Shown here: one piece after another, positions 51,601 through 64,000 of the stretch
Position numbering within the stretch: the first letter of the stretch is position 1
Layout: the number at the start of each line of letters is the position of its first letter
DNA from: Bugula neritina
Taxonomy: Eukaryota; Animalia; Bryozoa
Assembly: GCA_964035545.1 (NCBI GenBank)
Contig: OZ037767.1
Location: forward strand, 20,600,628 to 20,664,627
Length of the DNA stretch: 64,000 nt
Direction of reading: 5' to 3'
Position numbers and translations under genes: made by a program
The notes under the pieces: model-generated
Database searches by the model: none
The model's input: the letters and a program-made list of their open reading frames with translations, nothing else
Told to the model about the DNA's origin: nothing

Positions 51601-54600
51601 GGGTGACAATGTCAATTCTTGCAACGTCAGCATAAGATAAGAAAATGGATTTTCCATTGAGTACTTTAGAAAGTGATTGCAGAGACTGCTGTGTATATAT
51701 AGAGTAAGAGATATTTCTTCATTTAATTCACGTTGTGTATAGTATAGTATATTGTAGCTGAAACGGACAAATCTTATTCAGTTTTCAGTAAAATTTCTTC
51801 ATTGATTGGCTAATGAAATAATTAGATCAATGTGATAGCATAATGTGGAAGCTACAAACATCTCATTATCATATAGAACACATTAGCACTTGCTACTCAC
51901 CAGCATGTATACTTGATGTGACTGGTTTACACTGTCGTTTTCTTATTTTTAAGCTTTGTCGTGGTATAACGTTCTGCAGGTAATATTTTATGCTTATGTC
52001 ATAGTATGTAGTTATAGTTAAAAGTAATTATCAAGTTATTTAAGCACTATCTATTTAGCAATATTAAGTACATTTTAATTTTGGTAATGAATGCGCATAC
52101 TTATTGCAGGAATTTAAACACCATTTTAGAGAGATTTTTATTTTAATATTAAATGTCTTTCATAATAATATATTGTGCTTTTTATGGGTAAGTTTAATTG
52201 AATTCAACTGTTTACATTATAACTCAATATAATTAAATAATTAAAACACTTTTAAGAAATAAAAAGTAAATATAGTCTATTTAATATTCTCAGCTGATAT
52301 GTAGTCAGTATGTGACAGAAGATGACAGCATGTGACAGTATGTGCAGGCAGGTTGCAGTAGGTGTAGGTAAATGTAGATAAGTGTAGTGTCATTTGAGTC
52401 TTCCAGTAAAAACCGCATTTATATTAATTACAGTCACTTATTAGTAAAACCTGAAAAATAAAAAATACTTAGATGCGTATCTCAGTTAATTTATAGAATA
52501 TAATACGGTGGATAAGACTAAGAAAAAATATCTAGTAACCATAAACTGAACTTTTGAGGGTAGCATTACTTCATGTCTTAAAATACTACTATTAGCTACT
52601 TGTGTGAATGTGCAGTTACAGTTGGATAGTGCGAGTACAAACTGTTTTATATATATAAGTTATTAACTCTGTTTGGGAATTCCAGATGGTGAGCCCAATG
52701 CACTTTTCTGTGTTGAGCTCTATAAACTACGTAGTGGACATATCATGCCCAGTTGATAAAGGGTCAAATATTTAAAATTTGAGTATATGTGTCATTAGCA
52801 GGTATGACAACCACTATACAATAAATTATGTCTAAGAAAAAAACCCATTGTAGTTTCCATGAAAAGATATGAATGTAAGTTAGCAGTTACCACCAACTAA
52901 CATAATATATTTTAGTAGGAACTGCTAGCTGTTCAACACTCATCAATTTACAAAATAATCTCATAATCTTAGCTTAGCTAGCAGATGATCTCTGTAAGAC
53001 TTAGCTTAAGGACTGATAGACATGGTACAAGTCTATGAGGTGTCTGTATATGCTTAGGATCAAAGGCTAGTAATTTAAATTGTCAGGCTTTACTATTGCA
53101 ATGTTACCCTGCATGCTGTAGACTGCAATGTAGACTGTAATTTCTGCTGCAACTTTTCATTGAACAGTTCTAACTCTCTAGTAATTAGGAAATGATATGC
53201 TACAAGATAAGATAACTTCTACATATAACAGAGTTAATTTTTTGACTAAATTTGATTAACTGAAAGGCCACACAGTAACAAGTTGGAAGTTTACTTTTCT
53301 GTAAGCATTGACATGTTGTGATATATCAAATCAAAATATCCTTCCACAGAACTTATTCCAGAAGCACATCATGGCAACTGGCAGTTAGGAAGGCTTTGTT
53401 ATGATCTAGGAAATGTATTTTTATATGTTGTTGAAATATTTCATGGAAGCTGATAGTGAAGTACCGTTGCCTGCATCTAGTGGACTGCCAAGTTTGACCT
53501 ATCAGTTTGAATTGAATTATTGTTTTGAAACAAAATTGGAGTACACAAAATATATCTGTAAAGACTTACAAGTTGAACCACCTGCTTTTCATTCAAATGG
53601 GAAGTGGAAGTTGAAGTGCCAGCGAATAAATTATCAAGTGCAGTATTTGTCTCTGTTCTGGTGAAATAATTAATTATTCTGGTTTATGACAAGACAAATG
53701 AGAAATGTTTTCATAATTTACATATTTTGTCAAACAATGCAATATTAATAATACCTTTGTTGGTTATTGTTTATGGTGTATTTCAGCTACCACCCTTGTT
53801 AGCTATACAAGGAAATTTCTACAATTAATTTGAGATGTTTGAAATGTTTAAAATGTTGTCAGTAATTTTATATCTATACAGACACCTGCAGTTTTAAAGC
53901 TGCTGTAACTTTATTTTTTTTAGTTTCATTTTTAAACTAGTCCATATATACAACCATAACTTGATGCAATATTACTGAAGTCAGTAGCAGTTACTATACT
54001 AGAAAGCAGCACCTTTATTTTTAAAGCTATAAAACTGAAAAGCTGTAAGTAAATACAGTATGTCAACGAAAGATCCAAATTTTATTTGTCCATAACTGTA
54101 ATAACAATACATGATACTTGACTATGTGAAGCTATGATGTATTACGTGATGTCTAACAAAAGTTTTTTGCCAATGGCTGAAAGCTAAAACCTAGACAGGT
54201 TGAAACCAAACACTACGCCACTTGGTACTGGAAATCGTTGCTTGGTTATTGAAATGCAGCTTTGCGTGTCTACCATTATCTTCGGCTAATGAACAGTAAT
54301 AGAATGTTATTTTGTAATGTTTGGTGCCAGAAACAATTTAAGATATATTACATACTAATTATAGTATGAAATAAACTGCCATGTCACTAATATTGTCTAG
54401 TATTCATATGCAAGGAGCCATTTTGGTGCCATGTGACTGTTCTGCAAAAGCTGATTGTATTTTAGTTTCTATATCTTTGACAAAAATTAAAATCCTAGAC
54501 CTTTATACATTCTTAAGAAAAAGCTTAAGCACAGTGAACACTTTTTACCTATAAACCTATTTTAGAACTACATAAAATGCAACACTTTTCCTTGATTGAT

Positions 54601-54833
54601 GTTGCAACCTTTAACCATATTTAGGATGAGCTGGTCCCAGCAAGAGAGGTTGGCAAAATACCAAGTATATATCATTGGCTAGTAATGAAGAGCTCAGTGT
54701 GTGCGACATAATGAGTGGCTTGCTGTATTTTAATGAGTTATGGTATATTTAAAAGGTGAACCTGGAGTTTTCCTGCAAACTTACTCTGGAGTTGGAGGAA
54801 AGAATGCTGTAAGAGGAAACACTTAAGGGGAAT

Positions 54834-57800
54834 ATGGATTATTGGACTACTCTTTCATTTACTATACAGATTTTACTGGCCATGGGACTGGCTAACGACC
54901 ATGGTAAGCTCATTATTCTCATCACACGTGCATCCTTCCTCTTTACTTATTTCATAAAAATAACTGGCTTCAATGTTATTCTAGTATTGATTAAATTAAA
55001 AAGTCCCGTAATTAATAGATTGATTAGAAAGGTACATGTACATTGCACTGATATTTCTGTGAGCTTTTATAATACCTTTTAGCATACCTATTTGAGTATG
55101 TGGAGCTTTTATAGCAAATTATATTATAGTAGCACATCACTTATCACTTATGATAGTACAGCTAGCACCTGTTTCTTAGATATCTTGGAATTTACAGGTG
55201 CTTTTGTGACACCTTGTGACACCTGTCTCTTTTTATTACTTGTATAACGCTCTAATTCTATATACAATGAATGATGGAGAGTTCAATAGCAAAACCCTAA
55301 TTTATGTACATCTTTTGCTTACTTATGACATCACAGAGGCTGTTGTTATAATTTAGAGCTTAAATTGGTTTACATTGTGACTTTTAGTAAAGTTATATGG
55401 TATAGCGAATTGGTCAAACACCACACAATGTTCAAACTTTTCTTTGTGTTCAACTTCTGTTCAATTTCTGTGACTTATTAGTGACATGGGAAAAGTGATA
55501 ATTTGACCAATAGAAATACAGCTTTTTATAGCCTATACTTCACAGCAAAATTTGAACAAACTCACTTACTTTGCCTGAAATAGAATGTTGCCAAATTTCA
55601 AAGACACTTTTAGGTGACTCTGTCAGTTAACAGAGTCATGTATGTGTAAAACAGCAATGAGTGAATAACTACCCAAATTTTTGAAGTTTTTGAACTGGTC
55701 TATTATTTCTTTGGAGCCTCAAGCTAACTTATCAGAAAATCTGCTTTATTGACCATAGTCTACATTATAGCCTATGCTTCTTGAAAAGCTACATGTTACA
55801 TCTTCTAAAAATATAATTCGATTGTAAGATAAATTTGTTAGTCTACATCTAAATGTCTACTAAGATATTTCTGTGTCTATTAGACAGGAACTTGGGAGAT
55901 GGAACTGAGTACATTCACCTCTCCGACTCGGTGGAGATCCTTGTTCCAGAGAATTTAAAGGGTGCTACTTACTACGACTCAAACACTATCCTTGCGTATT
56001 CACAGACTCTACTAACTATTATAGACCTTACAAACACCTCCAGGACGCAATACAAATACATCAGTGCAGATTTCAACCCCAGGAAACTTGGTAAATCTCC
56101 CAATATTCTGGTTCAATACATCTTGCTAAGCATTACGCATATGACTATAAAGAAAGATATAATATGTGCATAGCTGCAGACAAAACATATAGAGCTTTTT
56201 GGTCTGATATTTTATAAAAAAAGTTAGCATAGTTGTGGTTTTATTCTAAAAAAGCTGTTGGTTTTTGTTTAGTTTTAAGAGTTTAGCTACCCTAATAATA
56301 TTTGACAATGACTACCAATAAACTGTAGACTGGAACATAAATGCCATATAGACCTGCTGAGTAACCTTCAGGGGTAGGCTCAGTATAATAGCATTGCTGA
56401 CAGGTTGATGGTATTTACAGGCTAATTAGAGTGTAGTACTTTACTCCGTGGTCCTACTCAACCAATCTTAGCATGGAGTGAACTTTAATGTTAACCAATA
56501 TCCACTACACAACAATAGCAAGAGTTAAGGTTGTGAACAAAGATGTATAGCAGCTAATTATACACATGCCCCTTAATCATACATGCTCATGTTGAGTCCA
56601 CTTCTAGTAGTGGGTGATACTTGACTCTACTACAAACATTATGTTCCTATTAAGATATCATCGGCACAAGAGTGTTGATCATTAATATTATTTATCACAA
56701 AAAAGTTATACGCAAGCTATGCAATTTTTTGGAAATCACTGCCTACAAATTTGTTGGAATGCATATTGCTCAATACAGTCTGGACAAGATAGTATCAGAT
56801 TATTATCATGATTATTGCATCACTGCAGTGTTGGCATATACTAATATCTGCACAAGTACAGTAAATATTCCATTCCTCATAGATGTACTCTTGCTGGTCT
56901 GAATATTGATTCATTTTCCAAAAACTTGACTTTAGCACCTCCTTAAAAGCCCAAACTGTAAATCCACAATGCATCCACCATTCATCAAATCTTTGCCCCC
57001 TTTCCAACTTGTTGAAAGCTGTAGACTTTTGTTACAGTAAATGGGTTTTACGATGGACAGCTTCTCCTTCTCTCTCACGGTAAACACTGTGTTCGTCAAC
57101 TTGACTTTGCCTCAAGGAATTTGACTCTATTCTCAGGAAGTTGTGAGCAGTCAGGTCTAGTAAATGGCAACAAAGATGTTTCCAGGTAACTCAAACACAT
57201 CATTCAAACAAGCTTCAGCTCTTTCATCATTTGTTATGCAATTTCCGTGTAAATGTTTCTACATAATTTTGATTTAAATTCATTAAAACATTTTTGTAAT
57301 TTCATTAAACTTGTTAATCTTATGATAAACTTCATTGCCACATTTCACCACATCTTTGTTTGACTCAAAGCATTCATGATTTACATTTTCCCAGCACCTC
57401 CATCAGGTATTTCACCCCTCATTGCTGTGCAAGGGCAAACTGCCACCATCACACGCTGTGCCTAATTTCTAGCTGGCGGCACTTTCTGTTCTGGACAGGC
57501 TCTTGAACGGTCAACGGCTGTATTATAAGGCTTTGATTATATTGTAGCCTAAGGCTCTATATGAACACTTGTAGGATATAAGCACTAGTGTTACATGCAA
57601 TATACACATACCCCTAGCACATTCGCTGCGATTACTCCATACACGCTCATCAAACACTCTACACTCACAGGATAGACTATGCAGTTTCAGATATCGTGTG
57701 TAAAACACTTGGGTACAGAAAAGCTTGCTTTGATTTGGGTGTTGGGGGTCTTCACTTTAACTATTTTCTTTCAAAGACAGACAACTTTTTCAAGCAAGAA

Positions 57801-60800
57801 ATGTCCACGGGAAGAGGCACTATCGAGAAAAGCATGCATTTGGTCATGTGACCTGGTCACATGATGTCATCATGTGACTTTAGCATGTCTGACCAGAAGA
57901 GCTTGTGGCCGTAATGAAGGAACTTAGACGAAATCCACCTAAAATAAGTTATAATGTCCGCAAGGGAATTTCCACCTGCGCTACAAACTAAAATTCATAA
58001 AGATAGTTGAAGAACTTAAACTATCAAGTTTCTTCATTACTGCACCCAAGTAAATAGAGTTTGCTGAGTGAAATACTAATGATTAGTTAAAGAGCTTAGG
58101 CTACACCGACTAGTAGCAGACTAATTTCTCTTAATTAATAAGTTGATGCGGTCCAACTGGACACTGCCAATGAAATGTCATCAATCATTTATAGATGAAG
58201 TGTAAATTATTATATTCCACTCATATTAGGTTAACAAACTACCTCAGCTAATACTAGCAGTGTTTGTCAACTGCCTTCACATAGTTGCAGTTGTTTCTAT
58301 ATAGTCTTAGATCCTAGAGAACATCTCAAAAGAAATGTTGCACACAACTGTAGCAATTGCGGTGGCTATTAATCTGTACCAGGAATGCATTTATTGGGAT
58401 AACCCAAACTTTTGTAGGAAACTGCAGCAAGGGAAGTTATTTATGCTAACACCAACATGGATGCAACTATTTGGGTGTCACAGGATTTATGATGCAGTAT
58501 CAAATACTTAGAGCTGAGGCTATATTCTTAGTTTTATTCTATTCTTAGGTACAATCAGCCAATGGACTTACAGCGAGTGGGAGACTTGTTTTATATCGCC
58601 GATTACTATAACGACTGCGTAAGAAAGTTGTACAGCGACGGCCGAGCAGAGAAACTTGTCTCTATACATTCTCGACCTTTTGAAGTTGCCGGCAATCTCT
58701 TCGTTGCAGCCTCGTATCAAGTATACAACGTGAGTTATAGATATAATAATCCTATTAACATTTAATTAGTGTACGGAAGTAGAGTGTACTACGTAGTTGT
58801 GTACGTGATCTATCTGTATGGGAAATGATTTTACTATCTTTTAATCAACTGATGTGTGGAATGATTCAGAACAGATATTTTTACTATTGCTGGTGGTACC
58901 TACAGAGTGCGAAAGTTTTTGCTTAATGTGCCAAGAACCTAGTTTTTGAGCTCATGTGAAATCGGAAGGGGAGCATATTATTGATATGATGACATGAGAT
59001 AAAACACCTGCTGAGGTAATTGTGTGAAGTATTCCAGCAGTCCCAGCAGCTGACAACTCCCAGGGCAGACAAAACAAGTTAATTCATACCCCCTCCTCCC
59101 CCTCACCCTGCAGGGCCAGCAGAGGGTAAAACTGTAGCAGTGTTTACATTTCAAGACTAAAATAATCTGTTGATATATATGAATAATTCAAGCAAATATG
59201 TCACTAAAATTGCCTATGAACTTTACACTATTTATGCACTACCTATAGCCACCTACATGCAACCTATATAATATAACTTTAAACCACCTATGAACCACTT
59301 ATACACCATGCACTACCTATATGATACCTATATATCACCTAATGTCACCTATAAACCCTTTATACACAATCTATATACCACATATAAACCACCTATAAAC
59401 CACCTATAAACCACCTATAAACCACCTATAAACCACCTATAAACCACCTATAAACCACATATACACCACCTATACACCACCTATACACCACCTATACACC
59501 ACCTATAAACCACCTATACAATATATTTATGCTGCAAACTCAGGCACCAGTATTGGTCAGCTCCCTATTCTCACTCAGTGCACTGAAATATTTGCCATGA
59601 AAATAATGCAACTCACATTAAACCTGTTGATGTTGTAAAACTGGTACCCATTAGCTTAAGCTGCTACGTCCTGGTAGGAAATATAAGCACATTTTCATAC
59701 CTAAACTGCCAATTTCGCACTACAATAATAGTATCACAGACATGATGGAAATACTAAAGTGTGGCTAAAGGGCTTGAAAAGAATTTAAAGTTATTTGGGA
59801 TAAATTTTAATAGCTACGACGGCGTCCTGTTACTCAACTATTGTGAATGTTCTAGCAAGCTCTATGCCATGCTTTGCATTCCCCTTCAAGTAAGATGTAT
59901 CTAATACCACCGAAACACCAAACAAGGTCGCATTACTTTTTGGTTTCGCTTATTTTGATTTCTCTTTAGGGTAACGAATCACAGACTTCCTTAATCAAGG
60001 TATTGTTAAAAGCAATTTGATTGGCTAGCTTAATTTAGTTTCAGAGATTTAGTGCCAGTCATAAGTTAGTATTGAAGACACTGGAACTGCTCATCTGGCG
60101 GTATTTCAACCTTTCATTTCTAAACTTTTAGTTCTGTAGCCAGCATTTCCAGCATCACTTGTGACTATATGTTCATCTGAAAAAGCTTTGTGTACTTTAA
60201 GGCCACAGGTCTCTACTTTAACAGCCAATTAGCGTCGGACGTGCTGATTGGCTGTGCACACGCCACAGAGCTTCCTAATATATTATGCTGTCACTATGAT
60301 TCATTTTGCCAGGCTTTGTTGGCTCTTCTAATGCAAGTTATTTTAGTTACAAAATTATACTTCCAAATTAGCATGCTTATACTTCACATAGCCTATGTTC
60401 TTACACTTCGCATAGCTTATGTTCTTATACTGTACATAGCCTATGTTCTTACTCTTCACGTAGCCTATGTTCTTATACTGCACATAGCCTATGTTCTTAC
60501 ACTTCGCATAACCTATGTTCTTATACTGCACCATCTGCACTGTAACTTAAGGTAGTTCTATTCACTTCCTACAAACTTTATAATACTGCACTATTCCATC
60601 AGTTTTGATGTATTTGAAATAAACTACTGACATAAGCTTGCTTTTACTTTACCATAGAGTAATGCTGCAAATGTATTTTTATCAACTTGGAATGAACTAT
60701 TTACAGGTTCATGTAAATATTAACACATACGCAAGATTTGTGAGAGATGTTAATACTACGGTGATAGAGTCGTGTTCTCCTGATACCCTATCCATGCTCA

Positions 60801-63322
60801 CTTCTGATAGGTGCTTGAAGTTGCTCCCTCTTTCCTCCGAGATCTCCACATACCAAAGAACTATAAGTATGTTTGCACTAGATGCAGTGTTTTAGCTCTC
60901 AGTTGATATTGTCAACATCATATGACATTTAGAACACTGAGTTCAATAGACTCCATTCAATGGAAAGAATCAGAAGACAAACTAGGGCGGAGTATGTTTT
61001 CATAAGCAGCCATTAACTCTTTGAATATGCTGAGAGGCAATTAATTAGAACTTTGTTTATGCTTCACGGCTGGAGTATTATTAGCATTTCCTGATTTTTC
61101 ATGAGTAAATTAAAACACAAGCATATCGCAGCACAATAACCACACTTCACAACTTGTAGATAGTTCATTTGATGACTTGATCTGTGAGAGCGGCAGCACT
61201 GTGGCTGTCAAGTTCACGCCAGCATCAAAACCCAAAAGTCTCATCATGCGGCTGTACAAAGTGCACACCCTTGCTGCCACAGGTCAAAGTTCAGGGAGCA
61301 CAACTCTAGCGAGTCCTGCTATAAGTGATCTCTCAACTACACCAGCGGGCAAACCAGAAATTATGGCCACCAATCCCCAAATAAATACTACAGAATTAAT
61401 TCCAGAAACGTCTTCCAGTGATCCCACGAGTTTCAGGTAAAGAAGTTTTTTCTGTTATGTTATTCAGACTTACTGAACAAATAGAAACTTTTCAACTATT
61501 TTTCTATCATTTGTGAGATTTAGCTTAAGGAGTAAAGTGGATGGAAATGTCAAACTGTTTTGTCATACTTGACCTAGTTTTGTTTTGATAGCCTTAGTTT
61601 TATTTGCAGCCTTTCAACAGAGGAGTACATAGCTAGTCCTGCACGCCCTCTCTTAAATCACGCTCACAAACCCTTTGACCACCTTCCCAAGAGTTATTCA
61701 CAGAGTAATGGCTCGTGGCCTGTAATCCTTCCAGTCGTGTTGTCTGCAATTACCATTCTTACGGTGCTCATAGTCCTAGTAATCATCATCAAGAGAAGGT
61801 AACTCTAATTAATTCTCATCTATCTCTGCTTTGTCCTGTTTGGGTAGCAGGGACATAACTTTAAGTAATACACGCATTTAATTTTTTGAACGAGGAATGT
61901 ATTTGAGTGACCCTGCTTTGTCTTATTGTGAAGCAAACTGTCCATGCGTTTATGAGCAGGTATATTGCAAAATGCTTTTGACCAAATAGTATAAATATGA
62001 AATAAAAAGCAAACCTGCTAAAACTGGGCAAAGTGCTTGGTTAATGAATAATAATAAAATAAAAAACTATTTTACTTGAGATACATGTAGCTGATACAGT
62101 GGCTTCACACAGTGTTAACTCTTGAAGGTGGAAGTAAGTTTGCCTTAAACATGTTCATGTAGAGCCAAGTAATGTCTTATTTTATGTACAGCAACATTAC
62201 TGGCAGCTGGCAGCATAGTTACCATTGTTTGCTGCCAGTGTTTTTCCTCAACCAATAGGCACTTAACACTTAGCAGTTCATTTTCCTGTGCTGTTCTTTC
62301 CTGCAGCTTCCAAGAAGAACTCTGGTTGGTTTGACTTTGGTAATTCCCACATAACACCCATTGTGCTACAGTAGTATTTTAGTTACAGCCATATTTTACA
62401 CATATATCAAATAATGTCATATCATATGATGTAATATATTATACGATATGACATAGTATATCGGATCAAATCATTTTATGATATATCATATGATTTGATT
62501 TGAAAATAAAAACACCGAGAGCTCCAGACAGCTAGTACTTCGGATTGGTTTTATCAAATAGATAACATAGTTTTTTGTTCTACTCATTGTGACATTCTTA
62601 ATTTCAGATTACTGTGTGCAGGAGGGCACCTGGGGGTACCCTCAGGGCTACTGGAGGACACCCTCAGGGCACCTGCAGTGTTCATGTTTATGCTATGCTA
62701 ACATTTTATTTACTATATGTTGCAGTATCACTTTTACTTTCTTTATACAGACCCATTAGCCTAATTATAAGTGTAGACCAAACTAAATAGTTTAGCATGC
62801 AAGTGATCGTGTGTTGTAGCTCAGCTGTAAGTGTGTAAATTCAGTTTTGTGATGAATGCAATGAATGTCCACTTTACTTGGTGATACACAAAACGCAACT
62901 CACTAACTGTTAGCAGCTAGTTGGCCCTCGCTAAAGCAAACTATAAAATACTTAAAGAGGTCGCTATGCTTACAACTATACATGAATAGCACACCTAAAA
63001 TGTCACATACCCCTAGCTGTGCCTTATGCAATGCAATGATAAAGTTCAGTTGCCGTGAAGAATGACTACATAAGAAGTATTTTGCAGGGCGCGGCGCAGA
63101 CAATGTAACGGCGGAATGATGGAACTAGAAGATGATGACGCTTCAGACGATCTGATTGATGAGTCGGAACCGGGCAGATGTTTGGTGCAGACGGACTCAA
63201 ATCTTGCCTGTCGATTCTTCAACCCTCATCACCTCCATCACGACTCCATTAAACCAATCAACTGTAATGGAAAACCCTTCACTGAAATGTCTCAGGGTAA
63301 AACAGATCCAGCCATAATATAG
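54834..63322 (+). CDS. Uncharacterised type-I transmembrane protein with NHL-like beta-propeller repeats and an S/T/P-rich stalk
   Basis: Exons 54834-54903 (signal peptide MDYWTTLSFTIQILLAMGLA), 55884-56090, 57038-57185, 58549-58729 (YNQPMDL...FYIADYYNDCVRKL, NHL-like), [uncertain: 59791-59889, 59970-59999], 60707-60866, 61160-61436, 61610-61798 (TM VILPVVLSAITILTVLIVLVIII followed by KRR) and 63088-63322. Phases are compatible throughout. AATAAA at 63617. Confidence 0.75.
59372..59519. repeat. 11-bp minisatellite (ACCACCTATAA)
   Basis: About 13 copies, with degenerate copies upstream from about 59240. Confidence 0.9.
60375..60530. repeat. 24-bp minisatellite (CTTATACTTCACATAGCCTATGTT)
   Basis: About 6.5 copies. 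Confidence 0.9.
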
Positions 63323-64000
63323 CCTCTCCACACTTATACAACTGCTGGGATAGATTATAGTTTATCAAATTTATTGCTTTGTGATATATAAGCATGCTAA
63401 TGCTTTGCTAAATGTTCTATGTATAAAATTTCGTCTAGCATTACAGATGACGAAATTTTGCCTTCTTTTACTATGCAGAATGAGTTTAGTTTTCAGCTTC
63501 AATCTGCATTTTTGTAAATTGCCAGAATTTCTGTACAAGTATGTGTATACGCGCTTTTTCTAAACCTAATTTTTTAAACTGACTTGTGTATCTAAGCTGT
63601 ACTTATATTTCTATTGAATAAAGCACAATATCTAAACTCTTTCTTCTTTAATTATACCAGCGTGCTACAGTTACTGAACTAGAAGTAATATAACATTGTA
63701 TAACAGAATATTTCACTATCAATATAACGGAACACTAAATTTCCCAGTCATACAAAGAGTATAATATTTTAAAATATGCAACTTCATAGCAATATTATAT
63801 TATATAATGTTGCCAATAAAAATGCCAATAAAAGAGTAACATATATTGATATAATAGAAAAAACAGATAATTTTAAAGCCTAATGATAATATGATAGCGT
63901 ATAAGAATATATTGTGAAGACATAAGAAAACAATATTAACATATACCAATATAAATTACTCGGCATATATCAACAACATTGTATAATGACATAGAAATCC

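Noticed and set aside
51570-59128. Inverted pair ccct(c)tgctg(g)cctgc.ggg resembling piggyBac ends around the first exons of the membrane-protein gene
   Set aside because: Short, degenerate match, no intact TTAA TSD and no transposase; more likely two separate MITE remnants.

Overview
AT-rich animal (invertebrate-like) genomic DNA with GT-AG introns; no prokaryotic features, rRNA, tRNA or CRISPR were found. Three spliced protein-coding genes were reconstructed by hand. (1) A minus-strand SPRY/SOCS-box gene (SPSB/gustavus family; core exons 10651-9684 and 9295-9165, probable upstream coding exon 20588-20539). (2) A plus-strand CNK/CNKSR scaffold gene (SAM-CRIC-PDZ, 11 coding exons, 37329-45634, about 463 aa, no PH domain visible), arranged head-to-head with SPSB around a probable shared promoter at about 30.0-30.2 kb. 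(3) A plus-strand orphan type-I membrane protein with NHL-like repeats (54834-63322). Mobile DNA comprises an intact two-ORF CR1-group LINE (PHD ORF1, APE-RT ORF2), two decayed relatives beside it, a deleted hAT element and a MULE-like MITE. The two most unusual observations are (a) a 3.56-kb palindrome (15076-18632) whose arm identity is about 98% at the outer ends and visibly lower inside, and (b) a set of unrelated minisatellites in the CNK gene that start or end at splice junctions and in several cases contain copies of the splice site itself. Exon boundaries were inferred from splice consensus plus reading-frame continuity, without RNA data.
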